UHGV virus genome: UHGV-0040380
From: a virus
Direction: 5' to 3' (one strand)
DNA length: 27,512 nucleotides
A model generated the notes under the pieces. That model worked only from the letters and a program-made list of their open reading frames with translations, did no database searches and was not told the origin of the DNA. Made by a program: the position numbers and the translations under genes. Below, in pieces: positions 25,120 to 27,512 of this stretch. Positions within the stretch are counted from its first letter, which is position 1, and each line of letters opens with the position of its first letter.

Positions 25120-25131
25120 GTGACATGTCAC
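25120..25131. repeat. 12-bp perfect palindrome GTGACATGTCAC (copy 3 of 3)
   Basis: Overlaps the TGA stop of the 25128-25469 gene, as copy 1 does for the 5320-5616 gene. Confidence 0.6.
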
Positions 25132-25469
25132 ACTATTAATTTCGTTTCATGCCAGCCTTTGGTCACCCAGCATTGCGAGTCACCACTACACGGGCATGAA
25201 TTCACAGGAACTCTCTCGCCGCACTTACCGCAACGTTTTCTGCTGATCGATTTTATACGCCCGCGCACGCGTGCATCATCCTGGCGGATCAGTAACGCTA
25301 TATACTCACCAAATTCGTAAGGCGCACGCCCGGGGCGACGCGTGGCGCAGTTCCGCTCCAGCATTTCAATTTCCTGAGCATCAAGCACAATCTCCAGCTT
25401 ACGTACACCGGATGCAGCTTGTCTGGCTCTCTGAGCGGCTTTGCGCTCTGCTGCTGATTTAGCCATCAA
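25128..25469 (-). CDS. Small basic protein with a C-terminal Cys-rich (zinc-finger-like) segment; possible regulator
   Basis: 113 aa; Arg/Lys-rich N-terminus and a CGKCG...CPCSGDSQC cluster; last gene before the terminator that precedes terS. Function not established from sequence. Confidence 0.45.
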   Translation of the reverse strand: MMAKSAAERKAAQRARQAASGVRKLEIVLDAQEIEMLERNCATRRPGRAPYEFGEYIALLIRQDDARVRGRIKSISRKRCGKCGERVPVNSCPCSGDSQCWVTKGWHETKLIV

Positions 25470-25740
25470 TATTCACCTTTATCGCGAACACTTTTACCGG
25501 TTTATCGCCGAAGTGCGGATGCGTGATTGTCTTGATTTCATATCCGTCATACGAAACATCAATTCTACGGCTGGAATCGTCGCGCTTCGGATATCCCTTT
25601 GTGATAATCAGGCGGTCATACTCCCGGAACATAATTCGCTTATTCCAGTAGTCATTACACAGGCGATATTCTTCTGTTTTCTCTCCGCAAATCATGGCAT
25701 CGAAGTATTCACCTTTAACGGCAAGTTGCAGGTTAGCCAC
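25459..25740 (-). CDS. ASCH-domain protein
   Basis: 93 aa containing the ASCH signature GxKxxExR (GEKTEEYR) near the N-terminus. Confidence 0.6.
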   Translation of the reverse strand: MANLQLAVKGEYFDAMICGEKTEEYRLCNDYWNKRIMFREYDRLIITKGYPKRDDSSRRIDVSYDGYEIKTITHPHFGDKPVKVFAIKVNIDG

Positions 25741-26626
25741 GGTTAACCTCCTGCGGCGGTTCTGGTAGCGGCATCCAGTGTGTTACCTGCTCAACACCAT
25801 TGCCCGGCTTAATCGTTGCATCTCCGCGCCGGAATGTGCTTCCGGTATAGCGTGCGGAGCATATTAGCGGTTCAACCAGAGAGCTATCAAAATTCACCGA
25901 AATAAGCACGTTCTGGCCCTTTTCAGGCATTTGATCACTACAGCTTATCCAGCCATCCGTAGTTACCGGAGGAGTGCCCGATAGCGCGGTCTGCTCCAGT
26001 GATGCTTTTACAAACCACGCGGCCTGAACTATTACGTCATGAATCCAGCGCAAATCAGCCTCGCGATCTTTCTTTTTCATCTTTTCGCCACTTAAAGCCT
26101 GGCTTATGTGGCTGCGAACCAGGTTTTCATGTAATTCCTTCGCATCCTCAATGGTGAAACCACCAGGCAGGCGAGCCGGGGTTACATGAGGGTTGCCTTC
26201 CCCCAGACTCTGAAGCATGGCGGCACTCCGCTCTATACCATCCAGCGCGATTCGCAGTGCCTGAATTGTGGTAGAGCTATCGTTTGGGGCTATTCCATAT
26301 CGCTCGAATACAGCTAAATGGTTGCGCATAATCTCAGGCGTAAGCTCTTTGTAAGCATAAGCAAGAGGCTCTGATGCATTATCCGGCACAACCGACACAG
26401 GCGCGGCAGCATAAACAGGAATAACGTCCGCTTGCTCTTTATTGCTTTCATCCGTTAAAGCCCAGAATAATTTCCCGGCCGGATGTTTGAAAATATAAGC
26501 AACTGGTTCTGCTTCCAGCGATGCCAGCGCAATCCGTGCCAGTTCCATTTGTTCTCCACGAGTAAGCCCGTTATCAAGCGGATTTTTAATGAATAATTCG
26601 ATACTTTCTTTGGTAATAGTGGTCAT
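25733..26626 (-). CDS. DUF551-domain prophage protein
   Basis: 297 aa; the C-terminal segment (WISCSDQMPE...VTHWMPLPEPP) matches the DUF551 pattern common in enterobacterial prophages (from memory). Confidence 0.55.
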   Translation of the reverse strand: MTTITKESIELFIKNPLDNGLTRGEQMELARIALASLEAEPVAYIFKHPAGKLFWALTDESNKEQADVIPVYAAAPVSVVPDNASEPLAYAYKELTPEIMRNHLAVFERYGIAPNDSSTTIQALRIALDGIERSAAMLQSLGEGNPHVTPARLPGGFTIEDAKELHENLVRSHISQALSGEKMKKKDREADLRWIHDVIVQAAWFVKASLEQTALSGTPPVTTDGWISCSDQMPEKGQNVLISVNFDSSLVEPLICSARYTGSTFRRGDATIKPGNGVEQVTHWMPLPEPPQEVNRG

Positions 26627-26628
26627 AG

Positions 26629-26820
26629 CTATTTCACCTTAATCTCAACATTTCTCAGCTTTAGCTCTACTGGCAGGTCTGACTTTCCTGTTAATGCTAA
26701 TGCGAGATTTTCTGGGGTAATGAGAGCAGTTATTGTTTTCCCCATTGCCAGACGAATAATTATTCGTATTTCGCGATCGTCACATGCTCCTGGTCGAACG
26801 ATTGATATTTGTCCGTCCAT
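26629..26820 (-). CDS. Hypothetical small protein
   Basis: 63 aa; coupled between the DUF551 and Ea22-like genes. Confidence 0.35.
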   Translation of the reverse strand: MDGQISIVRPGACDDREIRIIIRLAMGKTITALITPENLALALTGKSDLPVELKLRNVEIKVK

Positions 26821-26821
26821 C

Positions 26822-27370
26822 TCACTCTCCTTTGATGCGAATGCCAGCGGCGCGGATTGCAGCGATGACTTCAGAAACTTTGTATGCCATTACCGTTTGG
26901 TAATCCTCGTGAAAATCTGTTCGATGAAGCATGCTGCTACGTTCCGGGAGCGATATTTCCCGTTCATCCAGTTCTGCTATGCGCTTCTCTGCGGCTTCCA
27001 GCGCTCTTCCCTGCTCGCCATTCTTCTTCTCCAGCGATTCAATTCGGTCAGCCTGCTGGTTGATATGGTTGTCCTGTGCGGACAATACTTTGTCTTTGGC
27101 TTCCCGTTCATCCAGTAGTGCCAGCACGGTAGCTGGATTGGCTGCGGCGATGAATTCAGCATTGGCCTGCTGTTCCATTTGGAAATCTTCATCGAAACCG
27201 CTTTCAGGATGCGCTCCTTCAATTCTGCAAATGGGAAGATATCCAACAACTTCACGATGAATTAGCGCATCACCAGCATCAAATATCTCCTCTCCATATT
27301 CTAGCGACCACACACCACTCGTTGCTTTCTCTGCCTTTTCACGCAGCGCCTGATAGTCAATCTTGTTCAT
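26822..27370 (-). CDS. Ead/Ea22-like prophage protein
   Basis: 182 aa; N-terminus MNKIDYQALREKAEKATSGVWSLEY resembles the conserved start of lambdoid Ea22-like proteins (from memory); coiled-coil C-terminal half. Confidence 0.45.
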   Translation of the reverse strand: MNKIDYQALREKAEKATSGVWSLEYGEEIFDAGDALIHREVVGYLPICRIEGAHPESGFDEDFQMEQQANAEFIAAANPATVLALLDEREAKDKVLSAQDNHINQQADRIESLEKKNGEQGRALEAAEKRIAELDEREISLPERSSMLHRTDFHEDYQTVMAYKVSEVIAAIRAAGIRIKGE

Positions 27371-27371
27371 G

Positions 27372-27512
27372 TCACATCACCCTGAATCCGTTGCATTTAC
27401 GTAAGAAATCGCAGATATAGCCCTTCATTTTTTCATGCCAATCTCGATCATTCCCATTGCACCAACCATCAGGTGGAGTCCAGTTTTCTATCAGAGCAGC
27501 CATTTTCTTTGC
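27372..27512 (-). CDS. 3' end of a further minus-strand gene, truncated by the window edge
   Basis: Open frame runs from the window edge to the TGA at 27372-27374 (...MAALIENWTPPDGWCNGNDRDWHEKMKGYICDFLRKCNGFRVM); the stop is 1 nt from the next start. Confidence 0.3.
   Translation of the reverse strand, partial: AKKMAALIENWTPPDGWCNGNDRDWHEKMKGYICDFLRKCNGFRVM

Noticed and set aside
1-27512. CRISPR arrays, rRNA, transposase/IS elements, integrase or att sites
   Set aside because: Looked for regularly spaced direct repeats, rRNA-like segments, IS-type inverted terminal repeats and recombinase motifs; none found. The window appears to lie wholly inside the phage genome, away from the integration module.

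Overview
The whole window reads as phage or prophage DNA, coded almost entirely on the minus strand. From high to low coordinates: lambdoid-type accessory genes (Ea22-like, DUF551, ASCH, zinc-finger-like), a P22-type terS/terL pair, a T7-like virion module (portal, scaffold, capsid, tail tubular A/B, a run of internal core proteins, tail fibre/spike with a C-terminal SGNH-esterase domain), then a lysis cassette (two holin-like membrane proteins, GH19 endolysin, Rz with embedded Rz1) and an intrinsic terminator. Two plus-strand 'moron' islands interrupt the late genes: (i) between terL and portal, a phage-borne tRNA-Arg(UCU) preceded by about 320 bp of GC-rich non-coding sequence and followed by a 118-aa ORF boxed in by intrinsic terminators; (ii) between the core-protein genes and the tailspike, an 85-aa gene behind a near-consensus LexA (SOS) box plus a small signal-peptide ORF, with a standalone membrane-protein gene beside them. 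Two palindrome families each recur three times in non-coding DNA (GTGACATGTCAC and TTACC-N5-GGTAA). No integrase, att site, CRISPR array, rRNA or transposase was seen. All homology calls are from reading the translations and motifs by eye; no database search was run.
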